DNA of 32,000 nucleotides from NCBI RefSeq assembly GCF_000284115.1, contig NC_017080.1, positions 3,420,001-3,452,000 of the forward strand. Direction: 5' to 3'. The notes beneath the pieces are model-generated. The model made no database searches. It was given only the letters and a program-made list of their open reading frames with translations, and was not told the DNA's origin. The stretch's first letter is position 1; every line of letters begins with the position of its first letter. Source of the DNA: Phycisphaera mikurensis NBRC 102666. GTDB taxonomy: Bacteria > Planctomycetota > Phycisphaerae > Phycisphaerales > Phycisphaeraceae. The translations under genes and the position numbers were made by a program. Shown piece after piece: positions 6,547 through 14,743 of this stretch.

Positions 6547-9500
6547 TCAGCTCCGGTCGCTGTTCTCGAGCTTGTCGATGACGCGGCCCCAGCGGTGGGT
6601 GAGCTTGTCGAGGGTCTGCTGCAGCTCGGTGAGCTGGCCGTCCTGGCGGGCGTTGACCTGGGCGAAGGGCTCGATCCAGCTCTGCATGATCTCGAATTGC
6701 TCCTTCATCACGTAGAGGAAGGTGTCGGGGATCTTGTTGACGACGCGGATCTCCTGCGGGTGCGTATCGCCGGTGGCTCGCTCCCCCCGGGAGCGTTGAC
6801 TCCCGTCCAGCTTCGCAGCCGCCGCCTCCAACGCCGCCACGATCCCGGCGACGTCGACCTCCAGGTTCACCGGCGCCGGTGGCAAGCGGCCGTCGCGGAC
6901 GGCCGAGGCGATCCCGCCGATCGCGGCGTTCACCTTCGAAAGCTCGGCGATGGCCGCGGCGGTCGCGTCGCCGGACGAAACGGCGGCGGCGACGGAGGCC
7001 GCGGAGCCACTGATCTTGCTCAGCTCGGCGATGGCGGCGGCGGTCGCGTCGCCGGACGAAACGGCGGCGGCGACGGAGGCCGCGGAGCCACTGATCTTGC
7101 TCAGCTCGGCGATGGCGGCGGCGGTCGCGTCGCCGCCGAGTGCTCTGACGCTGTTGTTCCGCACGAAGGCGGACTTGATCTCCACCCACCGCTCTTCCTG
7201 CTCGGGTGTGAGCCCGAAGACCAGCTCGCGGAACTTGAGCAGGTTGGCCTCGGCGCCGGTGGTGAGCGTCTGCGCATCCTGCTCGTAGGCGGAGACGATC
7301 AGCTCCCGCAGCTCCGCGTCGTTCATGACGGCGGAGACCTTCTCGGCGATGCGGTTCATGTTCCGGTAGCTGCCTTGCAGCAGGAACGGCGGCTCGGTGC
7401 GGTAGTCGTCGTCCTGACCGGCGGAGGCGATGTACGCGAGGTTGACCTTCAGGATCACATCGCGGACGCGGGCCAGCTTCCGCACGACCTCGACCATCTC
7501 CGCCAGCTCGTCGGGCGGGAAGCTCCCGTCGAACTCGACTCCGTCGGGCGAGGCGCCGCCGGCGAGGCGGATGACGCGGTGAACGTCGTCGCGGGTTGCC
7601 GTGGCCAGCGGGTTCAGCGCCGGGTTGCTGGTGAGCGCGTTCTCGAGGTAGCTCATCTCGAAGGCGTCGCCGTGCGCCCCGATGATGTCGCCGAGGTTGT
7701 ACGTGTCGGCCCGGTTGCTGAGCATGTCCGGGATGCGGAAGGCCTCGCCCGACTCCGTGTACGGGTTGCCGGCCATGACCACGGCGACCCGCCGGCCGCG
7801 GAAGTCGTAGGCCTTGGGCTTGCCGTGGCGGACGCCCTCGATCCGGCGCTGGGCGTCGCAGAGGCTGATGAACTTCTGCAGGAACGCGGGGTTCGTGTGC
7901 TGGATGTCGTCGACGTAGACCATCACGTTGTCGCCCATCTCAAAGCCGAGGTTCAGCTTCTGCAGCTCCTCCTTCGCCGCGGCGTTGGTGGCCTCGGCGG
8001 GGTCCAGCGAAGTGACGCCGTGCCCGAGCGCCGGGCCGTTGATCTTGAGGAACACCATGCCCAGCCGGGCGCACACGTATTCCATCAGCGTCGTCTTGCC
8101 GTAGCCGGGCGGCGAGATGAGCAGCAGCAGGCCCATGCGGTCGGTCCGGGTGTCGGCGCCGGCGGTGCCGATCTGCTTGGCGAGGTTGTCGCCGATCAGC
8201 GGCAGGAAGACCTCGTCGAGCAGCCGATTCCGGACGAAGCTGGTGAGCACCTTCGGCTTGAAGGTGTCGAGCCGCATCTGGTCGCGGGCTTCTTTAAGCA
8301 CCTCGTGCTTGGTGTCGCTGAACGCCTCGAACGCGGCGACGCCGGCGGTGGCGAAGCGCCGCATGCGCGGGACCCAGACCGGGTAATCGATCGTCAGCTC
8401 GCCGCCGCGGATGCGGGGGTGGTCGCCGACGAGGTTCTCCACGCTGCGCGTTGGCGAGGCGTCGAGGACGCGGAGGTTGTTCTCACCTCCGGCGAGGCGC
8501 AGCGCAACTTCCGGGTCACGATCCCAGGTGCGGGCGAGGCGGAAGCGCTCCACGGCATCCGGAGCCGCTTCGAGCGCGGCGGCGAGCGGCTCGCCCGCCG
8601 TCTCGCGCAGCGAGGCGGCGGACGCAACCGCCCCGCCGCTCGCCGCGAAGCGGACCTCGCCGCCGATCCCCGCGAGGCCGACCTCGGCGGCGAGCACGGC
8701 AACGGCCTCGTCGGCTTGCTCGGCCGTGAACCCCCCGACCTCCTCCGCGAATCCGCGGACCGTGGCCTCCAGCGCCGGGAAACCTCCACGGTCCGCGGCA
8801 TCCGCCTCTGCCTCTGTGCCTCCTCTGTGCCTCTGTGCCTCCGTGTCCTCTGCGTTCCGCGAAGCGGGTCCCGGAGACGCGGCCGCGGCGGCGTTGGCGA
8901 GGCGGAGGTGCCACAGCTTCCGCTCATCGTCGGTGGCGCCGGCCTCCCACCAAAGCTGCGCCAGCACCCGAGCGGGGGCGGAGAAGCGGAGCGTGCCCAG
9001 CGTGTCCCGCAGCTCGACCAGGGCCGACAGGATCTTCGCCGCGTCGGCGTCGTGGACGCCCTTCACGTAGCCCTCGGCGTAGCGCGGCGCCATGTACGCC
9101 TGCACCGCCTCGACGGAGGTGCCCGCGCCCGCTTCGAGCATGAGGTACGCGAGGTACTCCGCCCGGTACACGCTCGCGGACTCGCTGACCAGCGCCTGGT
9201 CCCACCGCGCAGACGCTCCACGCAGGCGGGGATCCGCAACCTCCTCGAAGAACTGCGTGCCGGTGACGTGCAGCACCGGCGTGTCGTCGCGGTGCACGAG
9301 CGTCAGGTCGATCGGCTGCGTGCTGATCGCGAAGGTGTGCCGGCCGAAGCGGATCGTGTCGCGGCCGCCGCCCTGCAGGTCGAGCCGATCCTTGAGCCGC
9401 CGGACGGCGTCCTCCTTCGCGGCCTTCAGCCCCGCGCGCAGGTCACCCTCGCGTACCCGGTCGTCCATCCCGCCCAGCTCGTCCGCGAGGTCGCGGAGCT

Positions 9501-11949
9501 TCTCGACCATCAGGTCGCCGGCGAAGTAGGCGTTGATCTCCTCGACCGCGTCCATCGACTCGACCCGCGAACGGACCGTCCCGAGGATCCGTTCCGCCGC
9601 CCGGGCGAGCGTGTCGGCCCGCTGGTTCTTCTGCTCGACGAGCGCGAGCCTTCGCTGCTCGAAGGCCGCGAGCACCTCCTCGCGCTTCTCGATGAGCACC
9701 CCGACGAAGTCGTCGAAGCCGCCGAAGCTCGCTTCGAGTTCCTCGACCTGGACCATCAGCTTCGCGAGCGAGGCGTCGGCCTTCTCGGGCGTGTCGGCCA
9801 GCTCCAGCGCGTTGGTGATGCTCTGCTCCAGCAGCTTCAGCCGGGAGGCGAACTCGGCGGCGCCTTCCTGTTGGCCCAGCTCCTGCCGCCGGGCCCGCAG
9901 CCGGGAGCGGGTGGCGTTCAACCGGGAGAAGACCTCGGAGATCGCCTCGACCACCGCGGTCCGCTGCGTCGCGTCGTCGATGTCGAGGTTGTTGACGACG
10001 TCGATCAGCAGCTCCAGCTCGCCGGCTGCCTCGGCGACTTCGTCGCCGAGGGCTTCGGCCTCGGCCGCGGTGGCGAGGGCACCGACGGCTTCGTCCTGCG
10101 CCCGGACCCGATCGCGGTACGGGTCCAGCGCGTCGTCGCGGAGCAGGAACGAGAGCGTCTTCTGCGAGACGGCCTCGGTCTGATCGACGACCTCGGCCTC
10201 CATCGCCTCGACCTCGCCCGGGTCGACATGCCGCAGCTCGCGGAGGCCGATGACCTCGCCGCGGACCGCCCGCAGCGCCGCGAGCGTCTCGACGTACCCG
10301 CCGACCTCGTCGGGGTTCGCCACGCGGGCCGAGGCGATCGCGGCGTCGACCTCCGACCGCACCTCCGCGACGGCCCGGGCCGTCTCGCGTCGCTGCCGGG
10401 TCAGCTTCTCGTACTCCCCCACCGCCGCGGCCGCCGCGTCGCGGATGCCCGCCAGCGGCTCGGCCACCCGCGCGGCGGCATCTTCTCCTAGCCAGAAGTA
10501 GGTGTCCAGCAGGTCACCGGCCTGCTTGACGAGGTCGGCGTACAGCGATTGGTAGAGGTCCTCCCGCGTCGCGAGCCCGAGCACCTGCCGGGCCTCGGCC
10601 ATGGCCCGGACCACGTCGCGGTTGCCGATCCGCTTGAGCGGGTTGTCGTCCCCCCCGCCGGCCACCGCGGGCGCGACGTGGTCGGGCCCCACGAACGGAG
10701 TCGTCCAGTTCTGCACCGCGTGGTGCTTCTGCGGCTCGGCGCCCTCCGGAGACTTGAACAGCAGCAGCCGCCCGTCGTCGCGGAAGGCGTAGCCGTTGCA
10801 CACGATCGGCGCGGCGACTTGGCGGGCGATCAGGTTGTACGCGAACAGCACGTAGACGCCCCGCTCCCGCTGGTAGAAGACGTAGAGGAAGTCCTCTCCA
10901 TTCGGAGACACGACCCTGCGGTCGAAGGTGAGCCCGCCCGGGGCCGCCACCAGGTCCGCCACCGCCGCGAACACCTGCTTCTCGCCGGTGGCGAGGTACA
11001 CGCCGTCGGCGGTCATCACGCCCTGGTCCTCGGGCAGCAGCACCGCGGCAGTGCCCAGGCCGTCGGCCCGGACCGCGGTGCCGAGCTTCGTGTTGAAGAC
11101 GAAGTGCCGCCACGCCTTCTCGCGGTACGGGCGGATGCGCAGCAGGACCAGCGGGCCCTCGACCACGTACAGCACGTCGGCGTCGTCGAGGCCCTGGTCC
11201 GGCTCGTCCACCGGCTCGGCCAGGATGCCCTCGCCCGTCTCGGTGTTGTTCTCGACCTTGATGGTCAGGTCGCCCCCGGTGGTCTCGACGAAGACCAGGT
11301 CCTCGATCGAGTAGTGCGGGAACCGCCCGCCGGTCTGCATGTCGCGGGTCACGCGTTTCCACGCGAAGTCGTGCTGGGGCGGGTAGGTGACCTCGTGGTC
11401 GGATCGATTGCCGAGGTAGGCCAGACCTTCTCCTTCTTGTCCTGACTCGCCGGGGGCGAATGCCCACTTGAACGCCTTGAAGTCGTCGACGGTCCGGCCG
11501 GTCCGGAACTTCATGTAGACGTGGGGCCCGCGGCGGAAGAACTTGGTGAAGCGTGCGTCCTTGTAGAAGCGCATCAGGTCGGTGAAGTCCTTCCTGAAGC
11601 TCTCGTTCTCCAGCAGCCCGAGGCCGTCGTCGTGGAAGACCGCTTCGTCGTCCTGCCGGTAGCAGGCGAAGACGTCGCCGAGGTCGACGGTGCTCTTGAG
11701 GCCGAAGTGCACGTTGAAGCCCATCAGCACGCGGTCGCCGACGGCCACGATGTCCCGCGGCACGCAGGCGTGCGCCGTGGTCACCCGCGAGGTGCCGGCC
11801 AGCGCGAGCTCGACGCTGCCGAACGCCTCCTTCCGCTTCGCGTTGAGCGCCTCGAGCCGCTCCCGCAGCTCTCTCGCCTGCGCATCGAGCCGCCCGCGGA
11901 GCACGTCGTAGGAAGACCGGTCGAGCTGTTCGGGTGGGGCGTCAGGCAT
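6547..11949 (-). CDS. giant (1800 aa) AAA+ ATPase: DUF3686-like beta-rich N-domain, long helical region, MoxR/midasin-like ATPase core, repeat-containing C-terminus
   Basis: Uninterrupted 1800-codon ORF starting at ATG 11947-11949. The N-terminal ~440 aa are beta-rich (FVETTGGDLTIKVENNTETGEGI, YVFYQRERGVYVLFAYNL); from memory I recognise this as the DUF3686-type domain that accompanies AAA modules. About 550 aa of A/E/R-rich helix follow. Walker A is ISPPGYGKTT (Lys codon 8095-8097, aa 1285). Walker B is VYVDD (7906-7920). VMAGNPYTESGEAFRIPDMLSNRAD resembles the MoxR/dynein-clade sensor region. There is no TM segment. Confidence 0.85.
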   Translation of the reverse strand: MPDAPPEQLDRSSYDVLRGRLDAQARELRERLEALNAKRKEAFGSVELALAGTSRVTTAHACVPRDIVAVGDRVLMGFNVHFGLKSTVDLGDVFACYRQDDEAVFHDDGLGLLENESFRKDFTDLMRFYKDARFTKFFRRGPHVYMKFRTGRTVDDFKAFKWAFAPGESGQEGEGLAYLGNRSDHEVTYPPQHDFAWKRVTRDMQTGGRFPHYSIEDLVFVETTGGDLTIKVENNTETGEGILAEPVDEPDQGLDDADVLYVVEGPLVLLRIRPYREKAWRHFVFNTKLGTAVRADGLGTAAVLLPEDQGVMTADGVYLATGEKQVFAAVADLVAAPGGLTFDRRVVSPNGEDFLYVFYQRERGVYVLFAYNLIARQVAAPIVCNGYAFRDDGRLLLFKSPEGAEPQKHHAVQNWTTPFVGPDHVAPAVAGGGDDNPLKRIGNRDVVRAMAEARQVLGLATREDLYQSLYADLVKQAGDLLDTYFWLGEDAAARVAEPLAGIRDAAAAAVGEYEKLTRQRRETARAVAEVRSEVDAAIASARVANPDEVGGYVETLAALRAVRGEVIGLRELRHVDPGEVEAMEAEVVDQTEAVSQKTLSFLLRDDALDPYRDRVRAQDEAVGALATAAEAEALGDEVAEAAGELELLIDVVNNLDIDDATQRTAVVEAISEVFSRLNATRSRLRARRQELGQQEGAAEFASRLKLLEQSITNALELADTPEKADASLAKLMVQVEELEASFGGFDDFVGVLIEKREEVLAAFEQRRLALVEQKNQRADTLARAAERILGTVRSRVESMDAVEEINAYFAGDLMVEKLRDLADELGGMDDRVREGDLRAGLKAAKEDAVRRLKDRLDLQGGGRDTIRFGRHTFAISTQPIDLTLVHRDDTPVLHVTGTQFFEEVADPRLRGASARWDQALVSESASVYRAEYLAYLMLEAGAGTSVEAVQAYMAPRYAEGYVKGVHDADAAKILSALVELRDTLGTLRFSAPARVLAQLWWEAGATDDERKLWHLRLANAAAAASPGPASRNAEDTEAQRHRGGTEAEADAADRGGFPALEATVRGFAEEVGGFTAEQADEAVAVLAAEVGLAGIGGEVRFAASGGAVASAASLRETAGEPLAAALEAAPDAVERFRLARTWDRDPEVALRLAGGENNLRVLDASPTRSVENLVGDHPRIRGGELTIDYPVWVPRMRRFATAGVAAFEAFSDTKHEVLKEARDQMRLDTFKPKVLTSFVRNRLLDEVFLPLIGDNLAKQIGTAGADTRTDRMGLLLLISPPGYGKTTLMEYVCARLGMVFLKINGPALGHGVTSLDPAEATNAAAKEELQKLNLGFEMGDNVMVYVDDIQHTNPAFLQKFISLCDAQRRIEGVRHGKPKAYDFRGRRVAVVMAGNPYTESGEAFRIPDMLSNRADTYNLGDIIGAHGDAFEMSYLENALTSNPALNPLATATRDDVHRVIRLAGGASPDGVEFDGSFPPDELAEMVEVVRKLARVRDVILKVNLAYIASAGQDDDYRTEPPFLLQGSYRNMNRIAEKVSAVMNDAELRELIVSAYEQDAQTLTTGAEANLLKFRELVFGLTPEQEERWVEIKSAFVRNNSVRALGGDATAAAIAELSKISGSAASVAAAVSSGDATAAAIAELSKISGSAASVAAAVSSGDATAAAIAELSKVNAAIGGIASAVRDGRLPPAPVNLEVDVAGIVAALEAAAAKLDGSQRSRGERATGDTHPQEIRVVNKIPDTFLYVMKEQFEIMQSWIEPFAQVNARQDGQLTELQQTLDKLTHRWGRVIDKLENSDRS
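6940..7135. repeat. 81-bp tandem repeat, about 2.4 copies, in frame inside the ATPase gene
   Basis: Copies start at 6940, 7021 and 7102. Copies 1 and 2 differ at only 2 of 81 nt. They encode GDATAAAIAELSKISGSAASVAAAVSS twice, then GDATAAAIAELSKV (aa ~1606-1670). Confidence 0.95.
8801..8868. repeat. solo arm of the CTCTGTG-rich inverted-repeat element, embedded in frame in the ATPase CDS
   Basis: tccgcctctgcctctgtgcctcctctgtgcctctgtgcctccgtgtcctctgcgttccgcgaagcggg shares the core cctctgtgcctctgtgc, then tccgtgt and gcgaagcg, with the arm at 12450-12509 in the same orientation. On the coding strand it reads ...SRNAEDTEAQRHRGGTEAEADAADRGG... (aa ~1028-1050). Confidence 0.75.
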
Positions 11950-12000
11950 CAGCGGTGTCGCTCGTGGTTCGGATGCTGCGGGGCGGGAGGTGTACGAGCG

Positions 12001-12058
12001 GCGCTTCGCTTGATCACAGAGAGCACAGAGGCACAGAGGCCACAGAGAGGCACAGAGG
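12001..12058. repeat. left inverted-repeat arm of the GxxExxY cassette
   Basis: gcgcttcgcttgatcacagagagcacagaggcacagaggccacagagaggcacagagg, complementary to 12450-12509. Confidence 0.85.
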
Positions 12059-12065
12059 TTGGGGC

Positions 12066-12443
12066 TCAGGCTTGGTCGGCGATCACGCGGCGGCTGTGGT
12101 CTCGGATGTTGTCGCCGTGGAAATTGATCAGGAGGCCCAGTGGCAACTGCATTGCGCGGAGATAAGTGATGACCTGGTCGCGATGAGCATCGTGGAGTCG
12201 CTCTACAGCCTTCAACTCGATCACGAGCTCGCCCTCGACAAGGAGATCCACCTTTCCTTCGCCAACCACCACGTCCTTGTAAACCAGCCGGACCGAAACC
12301 TGCCGCTCGAAGGAGATGCCACGCGAACCCAACTCGACAGCCAGCGCATTCTCGTAGGTCTGCTCCCTGAATCCCGCACCCAGTGCCGAATGCACCTCCA
12401 TGGCGGCACCCAACACCCGCCCGGTCAGTTCGCTGTCGCTCAT
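12066..12443 (-). CDS. GxxExxY family protein (PD-(D/E)XK nuclease-like fold)
   Basis: Track ORF 12066..12518, trimmed to ATG 12441-12443 (MSDSELTGRVLGAAMEVH), which is preceded by GGAGGAAGAAG; 125 aa. It contains GFREQTY (the GxxExxY motif) and VDLLVEGELVIELK (D..E.K). The extra N-terminal codons in the track (TESTEAQRPQRE) are just the translated repeat arm. Confidence 0.85.
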   Translation of the reverse strand: MSDSELTGRVLGAAMEVHSALGAGFREQTYENALAVELGSRGISFERQVSVRLVYKDVVVGEGKVDLLVEGELVIELKAVERLHDAHRDQVITYLRAMQLPLGLLINFHGDNIRDHSRRVIADQA

Positions 12444-12449
12444 CTTCTT

Positions 12450-12509
12450 CCTCCGTGCCTCTCTCTGTGGCCTCTGTGCCTCTGTGCTCTCCGTGTTCAA
12501 GCGAAGCGC
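12450..12509. repeat. right inverted-repeat arm of the GxxExxY cassette (contains the cassette gene SD)
   Basis: cctccgtgcctctctctgtggcctctgtgcctctgtgctctccgtgttcaagcgaagcgc. The cctcc at 12450-12454 is the complement of the GGAGG Shine-Dalgarno of the GxxExxY gene. Confidence 0.85.
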
Positions 12510-12534
12510 TGCCCGCACGCAGCTGACTCCCGAA

Positions 12535-14532
12535 TCACCCCCCGATCTCGCTGAGGCGTTTGTCGCTCGCGCCCGTGGCTTTGGCGAGGCCGAGCAGGCC
12601 TTTCAGCTCGCCGAGCAGGCCCTCGTCGTCGGAAGAGGCCATGGCTTTGCCGAGCAGCGCGGCGATGGTGAGGTTCTTCACGTCCTCCGAGGACACGCCG
12701 GTCTGCTGGACGAGCTCCTTGAGCCGGCCGCCGAACTCGCCGTTGGACAAAGCTCCCCCCGGGCCGTCGCCGGAGAGCTGAGACGCGATGCGCTCGACGT
12801 GCTTGGAGTTGTCGACGAAGCGGTCGACCTGCTTGCCGCGGGTGATCGCGTTGATGAGGTTGTCGAAGAAGACGCCGTCGCCGCCGACGATGTCGATGTT
12901 CGCGGACTTGAGCGCCTCGGCCAGCACCCTCGCCTGCTCGGCGGCGATGTCCTTCTGGATGCCAATCTCGGCGAGCTCGACCTGGAGCCTCCGCTCCAGC
13001 TCCAGCTTGAACTCCTCGTGCTCCTTGCCCACGCCGTCGAGCTTCCGCATCGCCTCGGCCTTGGCCGCGACGGCCTCGGCCTCGGCGTTGCCCTTGGCCC
13101 GCATCACCTGCGCCTCGGCGGCGCCGTACTTGTCGAGCGCCCCGGCCTGGGCGTCCATCACCTCGGCTTCGGCCAGGCCCGCGGCGGCCTTCTCGGCCTG
13201 CAGCGCCTCGGCCATCTTCATCTTGCCCAGCGCCTCCTGCTCGGCCGCCTCGCGGTGGGCGCCCGCCTCGATGAGGATTTCCTCGGCCTGGAACTTCGCG
13301 GCCAGCTGCCCGGCCTCGGCCTTCTGCACTTCCTGCACCTTGGCCTCCTCCGCCTTGGCCTGGGCCGCGGTGACGCTGACGGTCTTCGCCCGCTCGGCGG
13401 CGGCGACCTCTTCGGTGTCCTTGATCTTCTCCTGCTCCTCGACGACCGCCCGCTCGACGACGACCCGCTCGCGGATGACGTCCTGGATCTGGCGGCGCTG
13501 CTCCTCGAGCGCCTTCTCCTTCTCGATCTCCGCCAGCTCCACCACGCGCTCGCGCTCGGTCGCTTCGAGCCCCTTCTCCCGCAGCACGCGCTCGCTCTCG
13601 ACGGCGTCGGTCTTCTCCTTGGCCTTGGCCGCGACCAGGATCTGGCGGAGCTTGTTCTGCTCGGCGATGCCCAGCTCCTCCTCGGTGCTGATGCGGGCCC
13701 GCTCGCTCTTGAAGCGTTCCTCCTCCTCGACCTTCTGGGCCTCGGCCTGCTCACGGGCCTTGACGCTGGCGATCTCGCGGGCCTGGCGGTCTTCCGCCTC
13801 CTCCTGCTGACGCTCGAGCTCGAGGATCGCCTCGCGGGCCTCGACGTCCTGCTTCTTGATCGTCTTCTCCTTCTCGCGGGCGATGCTGTTGGACAGCACC
13901 GCCTCTCTCGCGGTCAGGTCGGTGATCTTCTTGATCCCCTCGGCGTCGAGGATGTTGCTGGGATCGAGCTGCTTGAGGTCGGTCTGCTCGAGGTAGTCGA
14001 TCGCCGCGTCGTCGAGCACGTAGCCGTTCAGGTCCGTGCCGATGTGGGCGAGGATCTCGTTCTTGAACTTCTCCCGCTCGGTGTAGAGCTCGGTGAAGTC
14101 GAAGCTCTTGCCGACGGTCTTGAGCGCCTCGGAGAACTTGGCGTCGAAGAGGTCCACCAGCGCCTGGATGTCGCTGGCCCGGCGGCAGCCGATGCTCTGG
14201 GCGACCTGCAGCACGTCGGCGCTGGCGTTGTTCACGCGGACGAAGAAGGCGACCTTGATGTCGGCCCGGACGTTGTCCTTGCAGTTGAGCCCCTCGGAGC
14301 CGTGGCGGTAGATCTCGATCCGCTTCACCGAGATGTCCATGAACTCGGCGCGGTGCATGATCGGGATCACCGGGATCCCCGAGAAGGTGACCTTCGTGGG
14401 ACCCACGCCGGTCCGCACCAGCGCGGTGCCCTGCTCGACCTTCACGAAGAACTTCGCGAGCATCGTGAGGAAGCCCACGGCGATGACCAGGAGCCCGACG
14501 ACGACGACGGCGATGACGATGGCGGTTTGCAT
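12535..14532 (-). CDS. flotillin / SPFH (band 7) family protein, YqiK-like
   Basis: 665-aa ORF starting at ATG 14530-14532. It has an N-terminal membrane anchor (MQTAIVIAVVVVGLLVIAVGFLTMLA), an SPFH core (VKVEQGTALVRTGVG...VSVKRIEI...DNVRADIKVAFFVRV) and a ~300-aa E/A/K/R-rich coiled coil. The flotillin-type C-terminus is IDIVGGDGVFFDNLINAITRG. Confidence 0.92.
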   Translation of the reverse strand: MQTAIVIAVVVVGLLVIAVGFLTMLAKFFVKVEQGTALVRTGVGPTKVTFSGIPVIPIMHRAEFMDISVKRIEIYRHGSEGLNCKDNVRADIKVAFFVRVNNASADVLQVAQSIGCRRASDIQALVDLFDAKFSEALKTVGKSFDFTELYTEREKFKNEILAHIGTDLNGYVLDDAAIDYLEQTDLKQLDPSNILDAEGIKKITDLTAREAVLSNSIAREKEKTIKKQDVEAREAILELERQQEEAEDRQAREIASVKAREQAEAQKVEEEERFKSERARISTEEELGIAEQNKLRQILVAAKAKEKTDAVESERVLREKGLEATERERVVELAEIEKEKALEEQRRQIQDVIRERVVVERAVVEEQEKIKDTEEVAAAERAKTVSVTAAQAKAEEAKVQEVQKAEAGQLAAKFQAEEILIEAGAHREAAEQEALGKMKMAEALQAEKAAAGLAEAEVMDAQAGALDKYGAAEAQVMRAKGNAEAEAVAAKAEAMRKLDGVGKEHEEFKLELERRLQVELAEIGIQKDIAAEQARVLAEALKSANIDIVGGDGVFFDNLINAITRGKQVDRFVDNSKHVERIASQLSGDGPGGALSNGEFGGRLKELVQQTGVSSEDVKNLTIAALLGKAMASSDDEGLLGELKGLLGLAKATGASDKRLSEIGG

Positions 14533-14582
14533 GGGGTTTCTCGGCCTTGGGTGGTCAGGGGGTCAGGAAGCAGGGAGCAGAG

Positions 14583-14716
14583 CCGCAGAGGACGCAGATG
14601 GCCGCAGAGGGAAGAGGGGAAGGATCGAGTTGGACTGGAGCAGCAGCTGAAGGGACGGAGCTGGGGGTTGTGCGGGAGCCTGGTCTCGGCTTTGCGTTCC
14701 TCTGCGTCCTCTGCGG
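14583..14716. repeat. ORF-less hairpin element related to the cassette arms (CTCTGCG variant)
   Basis: ccgcagaggacgcaga at 14583-14598 is the perfect reverse complement of tctgcgtcctctgcgg at 14701-14716. The loop is 102 nt, and more gcagagg/cctctgc units flank both arms. It lies in the 211-bp gap between the NfeD-like and flotillin genes. Confidence 0.75.
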
Positions 14717-14743
14717 GTTGACTCGGATCGACTCACCACGACC

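Larger units (their letters stand above)
12001..12509 (-). mobile_element. 509-bp GxxExxY cassette bounded by ~58-bp imperfect inverted repeats (IVS/MITE-like element)
   Basis: The reverse complement of 12001-12060 is aacctctgtgcctctctgtggcctctgtgcctctgtgctctctgtgatcaagcgaagcgc. The arm at 12448-12509 is ttcctccgtgcctctctctgtggcctctgtgcctctgtgctctccgtgttcaagcgaagcgc. That is about 92% complementarity with one 2-nt indel. The arms enclose exactly one small gene. Confidence 0.8.

Noticed and set aside
3775-6890. The duplicated 3' segment (3775-4130 vs 6575-6890) as a template/variable repeat pair of a diversity-generating retroelement.
   Set aside because: The mismatches are mixed transitions in both directions plus a 15-nt indel and are not confined to adenines of one copy. 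No reverse transcriptase gene is present in the window.
8801-14716. The CTCTGTG/CTCTGCG-rich repeats as a CRISPR array.
   Set aside because: The copies are inverted-repeat arms of different lengths in both orientations. They are not regularly spaced direct repeats with unique spacers, and no cas genes are present.
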